From Gammaproteobacteria bacterium (lineage in GTDB: Bacteria; Pseudomonadota; Gammaproteobacteria; JAJFKG01): a stretch of 64,000 bases of DNA. The notes beneath the pieces are model-generated. The model worked only from the letters and a program-made list of their open reading frames with translations, was not told where the DNA came from and did no database searches. Positions 10,547-20,979 of this stretch are shown piece by piece (position 1 is the first letter of the stretch; each line of letters begins with the position of its first letter). Location: NCBI GenBank assembly GCA_965116795.1, contig OZ220716.1, positions 1,194,503-1,258,502 of the forward strand. Direction: 5' to 3'. The translations under genes and the position numbers were made by a program.

Positions 10547-11677
10547 ATGAGTATTAAATTTATTTTTGCTAATGACCAAAACAAAGCAGAATGCATAGAG
10601 AAAGTATTAACTTATCTGGACGAAGACTTTGAAAAGAAAAATCATCCACAAAGCCACTTCTGGCACAGCAAAGACACTATAAAAGAATGCTTTGACAACT
10701 GCGATGGAATGCTAGCGTTAAATGAAAAAGAAGAAATAGTTGGTTATATGGTGTGGAATCGTTATAGTACTAGCGCCATCACATCAGTAACTGCAGTAGA
10801 AGTCAAAGAAGAATATCGACAACAAGGTATCTTTAAAAAGATGATATCTGAGTTTTCTCACCATTTCGATGACATCTGTGTACTTTCTGGATCGCCGGTT
10901 AAGGAAGCAGTAGAAATCTTTAGGCGCCTTAATTGGACTATAGTAAATGGCCCTAATGGCGGAAAAAGATGTTTCAAATTACTAAAGCCTTGCTTACCTT
11001 CTCTTGACACATTACCAAATGGCCATGCAATTGCTATTACCTCACATGATTTTTATCAAGTTCAAAAGAGTCGAAGTGACTATCAAATGCAGTATTATAA
11101 AATTGAGGTCGATAAAAATGGAAAATTACAAATACCTATTATTTGTTCTCACAAAGGAGATGGTTATATTGGCGTTTACTTTAACAAAAAATTAGTAGCA
11201 GAAAATAAATCAAAGTATCTATTTAGCAATGAAGTAATACAGCGTAGTCTTAATCTTTTAGTGCTAGATAAAATTGAGCCGTGCCAACCAGAACTTTTTG
11301 TTAATTTTCTCCCCTCATCTGAAGAGGAACTCAAGCAAGAAGAAACATCAGTCGAACCAACGCTAACTAATACAAGCAGCTCTGACTCTGACAGTGGAAA
11401 AACCGAAAAAAACGTTATTGAAGACACACAAGTTAATACTTTACATTCATTTTTTTCGTCAGATAAGCCATCTGAGACAATATCAGACTCTAGCTCTCCT
11501 GAAAAAGCTTCTTCGTCACAAGGATTATTTTCGACAAGCTCTCCGCCTGAAAAACGGAGAAAATTAGATGATAAAAAAGAGACAGGGGACAATGAGAGCA
11601 TCATCAATATCACCAAAAAACAAGAAGCCCGGATAGAAATCGAGCCACCTTCAACTGTTGGAACAACTTCTCCCTAA
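10547..11677 (+). CDS. GNAT-family acetyltransferase with Ser/Glu-rich tail, probable effector
   Basis: EIVGY and VEVKEEYRQQGIFK (acetyl-CoA motif A). RBS TAAGGAG. Basic PPEKRRKL NLS-like motif in the tail. Confidence 0.75.
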   Translation: MSIKFIFANDQNKAECIEKVLTYLDEDFEKKNHPQSHFWHSKDTIKECFDNCDGMLALNEKEEIVGYMVWNRYSTSAITSVTAVEVKEEYRQQGIFKKMISEFSHHFDDICVLSGSPVKEAVEIFRRLNWTIVNGPNGGKRCFKLLKPCLPSLDTLPNGHAIAITSHDFYQVQKSRSDYQMQYYKIEVDKNGKLQIPIICSHKGDGYIGVYFNKKLVAENKSKYLFSNEVIQRSLNLLVLDKIEPCQPELFVNFLPSSEEELKQEETSVEPTLTNTSSSDSDSGKTEKNVIEDTQVNTLHSFFSSDKPSETISDSSSPEKASSSQGLFSTSSPPEKRRKLDDKKETGDNESIINITKKQEARIEIEPPSTVGTTSP

Positions 11678-11764
11678 TTTAATTCAGCCTAGTTGCAGAA
11701 AACACTATTTAGTCTTACTAATTCAAACTATTACCACCTCGGTACTCTAAGGGTGCGCTACTGT

Positions 11765-12390
11765 CTATGGGGGGGCATAGGCAAGCAAAACGTGTACCGC
11801 GCTAAAAAGCTACAGTATCAGAATGTTAGAGCGCGGTACTCCATTCGCTAAAGTACCACGCTTTTAGCGATTTTGCCTTTTTAGCGAAAAAAACCCCGAA
11901 AAATCACCTCAATTTTAAGGCCCCGTGTACCACGATTTTCGGCAAAAACCCCAGTATTTCTGGGCTTTTTCGGGATGTTGAAAATCACAATAGCAAGTTT
12001 AGCGATAGGTGAATGGCGTGCCATAGAAACCTTTGCACCATAAATCTGCTAAAAATGCCTTTTTTATAACCTTATGATTTCAAAGGGGTTTTTGCCTACT
12101 TCCCAGTAGGTTGGTCGGAGTTATCCACAGGCAGACTGAGTATTTTTTTACACCTCGGCTGTGTTCGTGTACCAAGCGTGTACCGTGCTAACCACCTTAA
12201 ACCCTCTTTTCTCTGTATTTTTGCCATTTTTTTACCAAAACCTCACTCATATACCGTTTTGGATAATGGGCATCCATTGACAGTAGTGCGCATCAAATTT
12301 GCTAAAACGCACCTGCCTCTTAATGCTTTGATTTTGTGGTATATCTCTACGATTTTTCAGCGAGGTGCTGAATTTTATCCACAGGCAAAT
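11765..12390. repeat. Non-coding element with dispersed GTGTACC and TTTAGC/GCTAAA repeats and two TTATCCACA boxes
   Basis: GTGTACC occurs four times. TTATCCACAGGCA at 12121 and 12375. IHF-consensus match near 12321. Confidence 0.5.
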
Positions 12391-13309
12391 TCGTTGCTTT
12401 CGACACCATATCAATATCTAAGCCTTGGGCTAATAGATTTTTAGCTACCTCAAGCTTGCCTTCTTCTCTGCCTTTCTCTATGCCTTTCTCTATGCCTTTC
12501 TCTATGCCTTTCTCTATGCCTTTCTCTATGCCTTTCTCTATGCCTTTCTCTATGCCTTTCTCTATGCCTTTGGCCATTCCTTCCTCAATGCCTTTCTTCT
12601 CGGCATCGTGCACATAGGATTTCTGAGTACTAACGCTGTCCCAATAGGTTTCATAAGAAGCTAACTCTTCTGGGGTATACGCCGCTTCTTGTGCCAACGT
12701 CAGTGCCTCTTGAATTTCGGGTACCTCTAGCCACTCTTTGGGCACATTGGTCGTCTCCTCATTCAACTCCGACATAAACCGTAACCACAGCACTTGCATC
12801 TTCTTATCGGTTAACGATTGCGGCTTGAACTTCGGCAACTCGATAAACAACAACTGCACATCATCAAGAGCCTTTGTCGCATCTGTCTCATGCTTTAATC
12901 GATAGTGGTGGTACCACTCCTCGGTCGTCTCATCAAATACGCCATCAATTAATCCCACGCCCAACACGCGATTGAGCCCTTTGTAAGGCTCACCTCGACG
13001 CAGTTGATGTACATACGCACGACTGGTGCCATACAGTAATCGCTTGGCAAAGCTCGCTGTCCACTGAACCTGCATTTCTACCACAAAGATATCGCCGGTC
13101 TGGTCTTTGCACTTCACATCGGCTATCGTGTGCTTGAACGACGGTATCGCAGGCACTTCATCGGCAGGTAAGTACGTTAGCTCGGTGATTAAACGCCCTT
13201 CGGGCAATGGCAATATTGCATTTAGAAAACTCTTTAGAATATCAGGATGTTGACCAAAGATTTTCCTGAAAACCATGTCAATCTTCGGATTCAAATAGCG
13301 TGTTGTCAT
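12347..13309 (-). CDS. Rpn family recombination-promoting nuclease / PD-(D/E)XK protein
   Basis: LNPKIDMVFRKIFG, DVKC...VVEMQ, FIELPKF, WLRF motifs. GIEK repeats and C-terminal HTH-like tail. RBS AAGGGG before ATG 13309. Confidence 0.9.
   Translation of the reverse strand: MTTRYLNPKIDMVFRKIFGQHPDILKSFLNAILPLPEGRLITELTYLPADEVPAIPSFKHTIADVKCKDQTGDIFVVEMQVQWTASFAKRLLYGTSRAYVHQLRRGEPYKGLNRVLGVGLIDGVFDETTEEWYHHYRLKHETDATKALDDVQLLFIELPKFKPQSLTDKKMQVLWLRFMSELNEETTNVPKEWLEVPEIQEALTLAQEAAYTPEELASYETYWDSVSTQKSYVHDAEKKGIEEGMAKGIEKGIEKGIEKGIEKGIEKGIEKGIEKGIEKGREEGKLEVAKNLLAQGLDIDMVSKATNLPVDKIQHLAEKS
12469..12564 (-). repeat. 12-bp tandem repeat x8 (encodes GIEK)
   Basis: tgcctttctcta repeated 8 times. 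Confidence 0.95.
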
Positions 13310-13596
13310 TGAAACCCCTTTTGTCATAATTGTCTCAATTATACCCAACCTACCGCCATAATGCGAGAGGGAAACTCGCCAATGCCGATGTGGGTGGATA
13401 CGTTTACGAACATGCCTCCACACTAACATACGCAAGCAGGCAAACAGGGAGCCAACACTACCCCGCCTAATCAATCTAGCCTATCTGCCCTTCACTTCCC
13501 CAGCATCGTCAACCAATGGGTATGGGCATAGAGACGCAGACCTATACTACGCCGCGCACCTATACCCACTTTTTGTCCTGGCACTGGTGTCGTGTC

Positions 13597-15696
13597 CTAC
13601 GAATACCCCATGGTTTGCACACCACCACCACTCAATTCTTGCACCTTGCGCTGCGCATACTCATCACCGCCATTTGCCGCTTGTTGATACCAATGCTTGG
13701 CCTGATTCATGTCCACCGGAACACCATCGCCCTTGTGATATTGATACGCCAAACTGCGCATCCCTCTGGCATGACCACCCTTTGCCGCGTCTTGCAACAA
13801 CTGATGTGCCTTCAGTTTGTCAACTGGCAGTCCTCCTGTGCCTTGCAAGTAATACATCGCCAAACTCGTCTTCGCTCTCGGGTATCCTTTCTCTGAAGCT
13901 TTTTGGTATTGCTCCACCGCTTTATGGGTATACTGCCCTTTTTCATGCGCTTGTTTGGCTTGGCTTGCCTCTTTCTCATACCCCTGTCCTGCCATGTAGT
14001 CAATCTCAGGGTCGGTACTGACTTGGGCAGGGTGAGGACTCGGAGCAGGACTCGGGCTACCACCCCCATACCCACTCATCAATCCCGGCTGCTGCGGGGG
14101 TGCTTGCCAAAACCCATGCTGGGCACCTGACGTACTCGGATAAGCCGCCACCTGTGCTGTGCTCGACGACGCACATGAGGCTGGCGCTTGCTCTGCTGAC
14201 AGTACCGGCGGTTGGTATTGCCTCAAACTCTCAATCACCTTGCCCATCGATGGCCGCATCTGCCGACTTTGACTCCAACAGTCACGCAATAGGTCTTGAT
14301 ACACCTTGGGGATATCTTTCGGGATGACCTCATGCTCTTGCCCCATCAGCTTTTTCGTCACCTGACCCAGATTCAGCCCCGCATACGGCGGCTTGCCCGT
14401 TAATATCTCCCACATCACCACACCAAAACTGTACACATCCGCTGCTTTGGTGAAAGCACGATTGTCTCCCGTGGTTTGAATCACTTCCGGTGCCATCCAT
14501 TGGATATCTTGGCTTTGCTTGACCAGCGTTGACATACTACTGCTGCCCGCTTTCGATAACCCAAAGTCCGAGATGCGCGCATTGCCACTCTTGTCAATTA
14601 GCACATTCCCGCTCTTTAAATCGCGGTGTAATATCTCTTGACTGTGCAAGTAATGTAATCCTAATGCCACATCCAGTATCAACTGGTGCTTTTGGACATC
14701 ACTTAATTGCGGGCTCTTCTCCAGCAGGCTGTACAATGACCCTTGTGCCATGTACTTCATCACCACACACGCCCTTTCAGGTTCATCACACACCGCATAT
14801 ATCGGCATCACATGTTCACTGCGCAACTGCTTCATAATGTTCACTTCGCGAATGAACTCTTTGCGCTCCGGCTCTGTTAACTTGCCTTCTAAGCGCTTTA
14901 TCGCCACTTCTTGCTCTAGCCAGCGACCTTTGTACACCTTGCCAAATGAGCCTTCGGCTAATAACCCATCAATGCTTAAATCATAAAAGGGCACTAACAA
15001 CTTTTCTGATATCGGGGCCTTTGTCTTTTTACCCGGTTGCATTTGCTCTAAACAGAATTTCATCGATTCCATCTGCTGCATCACCACATCATGGCGATTG
15101 GCTTCATCCATGACTAACAGTTGATGTTCCTTTTGAAGCGCTTGATTAAGCTGTAATATCTCATCTTGTTTCGATAACAAATCTTGATAATCTGTTTTCT
15201 TGTCGTTTTCGTCCTGGGCCTTTTGCTCTTGACTGTTCAACACTTGATGCACATTCAACCCTAAATTCAATTGCTGGATGTCTTGCTCAAGACGGACATA
15301 AATGTCGGAAAACTTGTCACTGTGTGAATGAGCACGGAATACCTTGCGTGACCAACTCTTTTGACCAAAGCTTTGTACCAACACCAATGCGTCATTCAAC
15401 GTTTGATTTAATGACACTAAGCCTTCCGTATACGCATGCAGTGGCGGTAATGGGCCTGTTGCTGGTGCCGTACCAGCCGGTGCGCCACCTGCTCTACCCG
15501 CTCCCCTGCCACGACCTGCTCCGCCGAATGTTGGCTTTGGTAATTGCTCTGTTAACCCCTTCACTGAATTGACAATGATTTTTGTCCGTTCAGCTAATCG
15601 CATCGATTGCTCCTTATTGCATTTCACCAACTGGGCATGTTCGTAAATCTTAAAACATACATCAATCGCTATCTGCGTACCGGTGACTGGGTCCAT
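13597..15696 (-). CDS. MLKL-N-domain + coiled-coil + TKL kinase + Sel1-repeat protein
   Basis: N-domain LVKCNKEQSMRLAER...KVFRA...FSDIYVRLEQDIQQLNLGL. Kinase LAEGSFGKV, VAIK, HRDLKSGN, DFG, WMAPE. Sel1 AKHWYQQAANGG. Confidence 0.88.
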   Translation of the reverse strand: MDPVTGTQIAIDVCFKIYEHAQLVKCNKEQSMRLAERTKIIVNSVKGLTEQLPKPTFGGAGRGRGAGRAGGAPAGTAPATGPLPPLHAYTEGLVSLNQTLNDALVLVQSFGQKSWSRKVFRAHSHSDKFSDIYVRLEQDIQQLNLGLNVHQVLNSQEQKAQDENDKKTDYQDLLSKQDEILQLNQALQKEHQLLVMDEANRHDVVMQQMESMKFCLEQMQPGKKTKAPISEKLLVPFYDLSIDGLLAEGSFGKVYKGRWLEQEVAIKRLEGKLTEPERKEFIREVNIMKQLRSEHVMPIYAVCDEPERACVVMKYMAQGSLYSLLEKSPQLSDVQKHQLILDVALGLHYLHSQEILHRDLKSGNVLIDKSGNARISDFGLSKAGSSSMSTLVKQSQDIQWMAPEVIQTTGDNRAFTKAADVYSFGVVMWEILTGKPPYAGLNLGQVTKKLMGQEHEVIPKDIPKVYQDLLRDCWSQSRQMRPSMGKVIESLRQYQPPVLSAEQAPASCASSSTAQVAAYPSTSGAQHGFWQAPPQQPGLMSGYGGGSPSPAPSPHPAQVSTDPEIDYMAGQGYEKEASQAKQAHEKGQYTHKAVEQYQKASEKGYPRAKTSLAMYYLQGTGGLPVDKLKAHQLLQDAAKGGHARGMRSLAYQYHKGDGVPVDMNQAKHWYQQAANGGDEYAQRKVQELSGGGVQTMGYS

Positions 15697-15803
15697 TGCT
15701 CTCTCCTTCCTTTGCTATTTCCATAAATGGGTACTGTTACCCCCAAACAGCGGCACCCGAAGTGCTCCTCAGATACCGCCACGCTAAACTACCTATTGTC
15801 TAC

Positions 15804-18382
15804 TCACGTGCCATAGCCACTTTGCCCATAACCACTGCCGCTACCGCCTTGCGGCTCCGGGGGTTGGGGTAAGTTGCTGTGGCCTTGACCGGGTTGACCT
15901 TGCATCGACTGGCCATAGCCGCTTTGCTGACCATATGGTTGTTGCGGTGACGGCTGTTGGAAAAACTGACCCCCGTAACCGCTTCCATAACCACTTTGCC
16001 GTCCGGGTTGCGGTAGGTTACCTCGACCTCGTTGCCCGGGTTGCGGTAAAGTACCTCGATTACCTCGACTTCGCACTGATTGACCATAACCACTTTGCCG
16101 TCCGGGTTGCGGTAGGTTACCTCGACCTCGTTGCCCGGGTTGCGGTAAAGTACCTCGATTACCTCGGCTTCGCACCGATTGACCATAACCACTTTGCTGT
16201 CCGGGTTGCTGTGCCGGCGGTTGTTGTTGGAAAAATTGACCGCCGTAACCACTGCCATACCCACTTTGCAATCCACCTGCCGGGGGTTGGGGCAATCCAC
16301 GGCCACCCCCTTGCGCTGACTGACCATAGCCACTGCCCAGGCCTGGCCCTTGTTGATTGCCAGCCGCACCTGGCATCGGCAGTGATACCCCCGGGCTTTG
16401 CTGTGGGACTCTGGCATGCGGAGAAGGCTGGGGTACATCATCTGTGATAGGACTGTCACCCAACAATCTCACCACCTCTGCCATTGTTGGACGGTCTTTC
16501 GCTTCTTGACTCCAGCAGCGCTCAGTCAATGTCGATAATAGCGGTGGTGCGTTAGGGGGGATGATTTCCCGCTTGCCTTGTATCACATGCACAGGCACTA
16601 ACGCCGGACTACTGATGTTACGGTACGGTATGCTCCGGCTTACTATTTCCCACAACAACATCCCATAACTGTATACATCGCACGCTGGCGTGTAACGCCC
16701 CATTGTGTCCATTAGCAATTCCGGGGCTATCCATTGCATCGTGCCCGCCATCCCCGCATTGTAGGTTTGACTGGACGATGTCTTGATTTTCGACAACCCA
16801 AAATCTCCCAGCTTGGCTTTGTAACGCTCATCCAGTAACACATTCAAACTCTTTAAATCGCGGTGTAGTACCAACTTGCGGTGTAAGAATGACATCCCTT
16901 TCGCCACATCAAAACTTATCTTGTAACGTAATTGCCAACTCATGGGCTCTTCGCCATGCAACACATGGTCTAGTGACCCTTTCACCATGAACTCCAGCAC
17001 CATGCAATAGGGATTGAGTGAAATCCCAAACAATTGAATGATATTGGGATGGCGCAGTTGCATCATCACCCCCGCTTCATTGAGAAAATCTTCTTCGATA
17101 TCTCGACTGAGCTTTTGCTCCAGTAGCTTCTTGATAGCCACCGGCTCACCGTGCCAATCCCCTTTGTAAACCGCACCAAAGCCCCCCTTGCCTAACTCTT
17201 TGCCCAACGTCAAATCACTGTACGGCAGTACTAAGTCCACACTCCCTTGCCCTTGCGCATTTAACCCAACCTTTGAACCACTTCCTGAGCCCGAGGAGGA
17301 TGGCTTTTCCAGGCTGCCGCTTCCACCACTGCTATGGCCACTACCCGGGCGCTGCGGGCTCGCTGTGCCACCACTATAATGCCCCGGCGATTGCGCTTGG
17401 GGCGACATACCCGACCCGGGTTGAGGGTGCAGTGGCGAAGCTTGAGCACCGCCCGATGTTGGTTGTAAAAACGTCATTGGCACAAACCCTTCTTGACCGT
17501 GACTATTGCGGCAACGCCACCAACCATCTGGGTTTTGTTGTAATACGTCAACCTTCTCACCTGCACGCAGCGATAACTCTTCAAAGCTTTGCGCTAAATA
17601 ATCACAGCTTACATGGGCTTCGCTTGAAGGTGTAGACGGTAACGGAACAGCCGGCAATGCGGCCTCTACGTTAACCTTGGGCGTCTCACCTACTCTCTCA
17701 ACATAGTTACTCGGCACTATGCCCTCATCACCCGATGTATTGCGACAACGCCACCAATCTCCTTCATCACTGAGCAACTCCAATACACTGCCTGCGGACA
17801 AAGACAAGTGGCCTGAGTCGGGAGGAGATAGGTAAGCATGCAAAGCACGGACTTTGCCCTTGGGTAACTCAGGTAACGCCGCTTCAACAGACGGCAGGGA
17901 AGTGGCAGGTAGCGGTGTGTTTACAGCAGACGGCGTCGTTACTCCCTGGCCTAATGGCACACTGGATGATGAGGCAGACGAAGGGGATAACCCACTCACT
18001 TCTTCTTCCACCTTCACTGCTTGCGCCCCAAGTGTTGGTGCTAATGCATGTTGTTTTGCAAACGCCAATCGCTTTTCTTGCCTAGCCGCTTTCTTCTTCT
18101 CCTGCACCGCTTGCGGCACAGGAAATCCTTGACAACACTTAATTTCTCTTTTGTAACTCTTGTTACCACTCCCACTTATTAATACGAATCCATTGGAAAG
18201 CATCACCAAAGCAGAAATAAAACGCCTATGCCCCTTCCAGGTGCTCAAACACTGCGCTTTACCTGTCTCATAATCCACCTGCCAACACTTAATGGTTTTA
18301 TCTCTACTTCCACTTAAGACAAATCCATTGTCCAGCGCCGCCAAGGCATCAACAAAACTCGCATGCCCTTCCCAGGACCTTA
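15804..18382 (-). pseudogene. WD40-SH3-SH3-TKL kinase with G/Q/Y/P-rich tail; 5' end removed by IS5 copy 2
   Basis: Frame is open from the IS junction (SWEGHASFVDALAAL...SGSRDKTIKCWQ). Two SH3 domains, complete kinase motifs, no native start. May re-initiate internally. Confidence 0.85.
15985..16210 (-). repeat. 99-bp tandem repeat (~2.3 copies) encoding QSGYGQSVRSRGNRGTLPQPGQRGRGNLPQPGR
   Basis: ccataaccactttgc recurs at 15985, 16084 and 16183. Confidence 0.9.
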
Positions 18383-19247
18383 GAGCCTGTTCAAAATCTT
18401 CTAATAGCCAACACTAAAAAAGCCAACACCACCATTTGCAAACTTGTATTCATTTTTCTTTCGCAGTTTTTCCATAGTCGCCGACATTTTTCAATCCAAC
18501 CAAATGAACGTTCCACCACCCAGCGTTTTGGTATCACAGCAAACTTATGTAATTCACTGCGTTTAGCCACCTCAACAGTCGCACCAATGATTTCCTGTAT
18601 CGCCTCAGCAAAAAGGAGCCCCGTATAACCACCGTCCACTAACACATTTTGAACTGTACTCAAGTTGTCTTTTGACTTCGTAAACATAATAATTGCACCT
18701 GCACGGTCTGTTATATTAGCCGTTGTAATGTGAATAGCATGCGGTAATCCTTGGGTATCCACAGCAATATGTCTCTTGATACCAGATATCTTCTTGCCCG
18801 CATCGTAACCCTTGTTTTCTGCTGTATCTGTGTTTTTTACACTTTGCGCATCGACAATGCAGAAACTGGTTTTTTCTTTGCGATTATCATCAACGCGTAA
18901 TTCGGCAACCAATTTTTTTTAAAGCCTGCTCAAGTAGGCTTGGTTCTCCATCAACTTGTTCACTCCAAATTTGAAAATAGGCGTGGACGCTGCGCCATTT
19001 TGGAAAATCTTGGGGCAACATTCGCCATTGACAGGCTGTTTTCAATAAATAAAGTACCGAACAGAAAATATCATATAAATCATATTGTCTTGGACGCGTC
19101 TGCTTTCTAGCACTCAGCAATAATGGCTCTATTAACGCAAATTGCTCTCGACTTATGTCGCTTGGATATCCCCTGCGCATTTTAACTCCCTCTTAAATGA
19201 TAACAGCGCAGATGTTAACTCTTTACTCTTGGATTTTGAACAGGCTC
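18383..19247 (-). mobile_element. IS5-family insertion sequence, copy 2 (transposase 18391-19180)
   Basis: Same IRs and same ORF translations as copy 1, in direct orientation. Confidence 0.95.
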
Positions 19248-20739
19248 TGATGCTTTAGGCAAGCAAACGTCCCTACCAAAACTGGTGGTGCTCGCGCTGG
19301 CTGCTTGCCTCGAAGATGCAAAAGGGTACGTCAGAGCCGCGGTGGCTCGTGCCTTAGGAAAGCAAATGCCCTTGCCAGAGTCGGTAGTGTTTACACTGAC
19401 CACTCGTCTTAAGGATGTGAATGAGGACGTCAGAGCCGCAGCGGCTCGTGCTTTGGGAAAGCAAACGCCCTTGCCAGAGCCGATAGTGTTCGCATCGACC
19501 CCTTGTTTTGAAGGTGCAAAATATCACGGCACAAGCGCGGCGGATGAGTTACTTGAAAACGCAACACTGATACAATTACTGCAGTGTTGTAGGAAAACTC
19601 TCGAGCACAAGGCGTTGGTAGCACTGGCTGACATTATCCTACGTACTCAGGCTAATGATGCTATCTTATTGAACGATAGACGAGAGTTTATTTTTTACGT
19701 TAGCAAGCAAGGAAATGCCCCTGAAGCATTGCAAGGAGAGCACGCCGTTGTTTTTGCGCAGGCAGCGATAACTTTTTGTCAAACTTACCGATTACAACCG
19801 CATGCCAATGTTAAGCGAATATTGCAACAGATAGTACAGCAGAATGTGCCTGGTCAATCCCTCGATTTAGCGTGGCCGGACATACCTTCTGCGTCGCCTC
19901 CAGTGTCACTATACAGTAACTTACGGCAACAACGCAGTTCAATCTCACCGTTGCGACCACCGCGAATACTACCGCGACCACAAATAACGCAAGTACCTCG
20001 TAGTGATGCATCTACTTCGTTGCGTGCTATGGAGGATGAACGCCCGAGGCGCGACCTCCGCGGGTTTATGACCTTTCGGAAGAAGCTACGTGCTAGGGGG
20101 AAGTGCACGGTCCGCGATGGCCGAGGCTCGTCGTCACGAACGGAATTGGTGGAAAGCCGAAGCTTGCAGGTAAGTGGAGTGAGAGACGACAAGCTGTACT
20201 CAGCGTCTAGTCGTGTGGGGGAGCAGTGTGCGATGTTGCAGTCGCGCACGAGACGAACACAGGACGGTGAGCGTGGCCACAGACTGGTCGCGTCAGCAGA
20301 TTCAATTTTGGACAGGGATGAACAAAATCTTTCACAAGCTAGCGACAGGCTCGTCAGTTCATCATCGTCATCCTCACAGACAAGGACGTTACAAGCAGAA
20401 ACCCCTCGTCGAAGATCGGCAAGTTTACAATCGCAACGTAGTCAACTTGAGACGGTAATCGCAGACACAGTGCCGAAAGCAGAAGAAAACATACAACCGT
20501 CTAGTTCGGCAATAGCAGAAAAAGAGGAACTGTCTGATGGTGACAGTCTTATCGTGGATAGCGGGTGTAGTAGTTCGCCGTTATCCTCTGCTGTGTCTTC
20601 TGGGTTTGTTGCTAGTATAGGCAAGTTAACAATGTCGGTAGTAACTGATGACGTTGATCGCACTCCACCAGCACAGGCTGCGAATGCCGTTGAAAAAACA
20701 AATGATTTAACAGAAACAGGACAACAATCTCCAGGTTAG
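19248..20739 (+). pseudogene. 3' part of the NACHT-HEAT NLR gene (HEAT repeats plus Arg/Ser-rich tail)
   Basis: Begins TGA TGCTTTAGGC. Joins the 5' part (GCG GTA GCT GA) through the shared TGA to read AVADALGKQTSLP. Confidence 0.88.
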
Positions 20740-20979
20740 CCGTTTGCTTCTGGCAGCCTATTTCGTGTATTTTGGCAAATACCGCTTTTAAGATGAGCAA
20801 AATGGCCTACACACAAGGCTAACAGGTTACCAGCATAAAATCGACGGTGTCGATCATCAGGATAAACAGCGATGGCACAGTGGTTTACATTAGAGACACC
20901 AGCATAAAAATGTGTGATTCATAGAGATCCATTCAATTTTCGCGCCTGCCAGTTAGTAGGCTAAGTCAGTAGATGATGG

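Noticed and set aside
11748-11785. AAGGGTGCGCTAC resembling a MOBQ oriT nic site
   Set aside because: Weak match, no adjacent inverted repeat and no relaxase in the window.
12469-12564. Repeats as a possible CRISPR array (also the WD40, HEAT and 99-bp repeats)
   Set aside because: All are in-frame coding repeats without unique spacers, and there are no cas genes.
13310-13474. 55-aa N-terminal extension of rpn in the ORF track
   Set aside because: The RBS, -10 box and the paralogous stub at 63738 place the start at 13309.
15800-16459. Alternative-frame and antisense ORFs over the kinase tail
   Set aside because: Shadows of a stop-poor repeat whose period is a multiple of 3.
20840-20880. Candidate attL (ATCGAC/TGTCGATCATCAG) with partial inverted similarity to 54770-54815
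   Set aside because: Matches are short and gapped. An empty-site comparison is needed before calling att sites.
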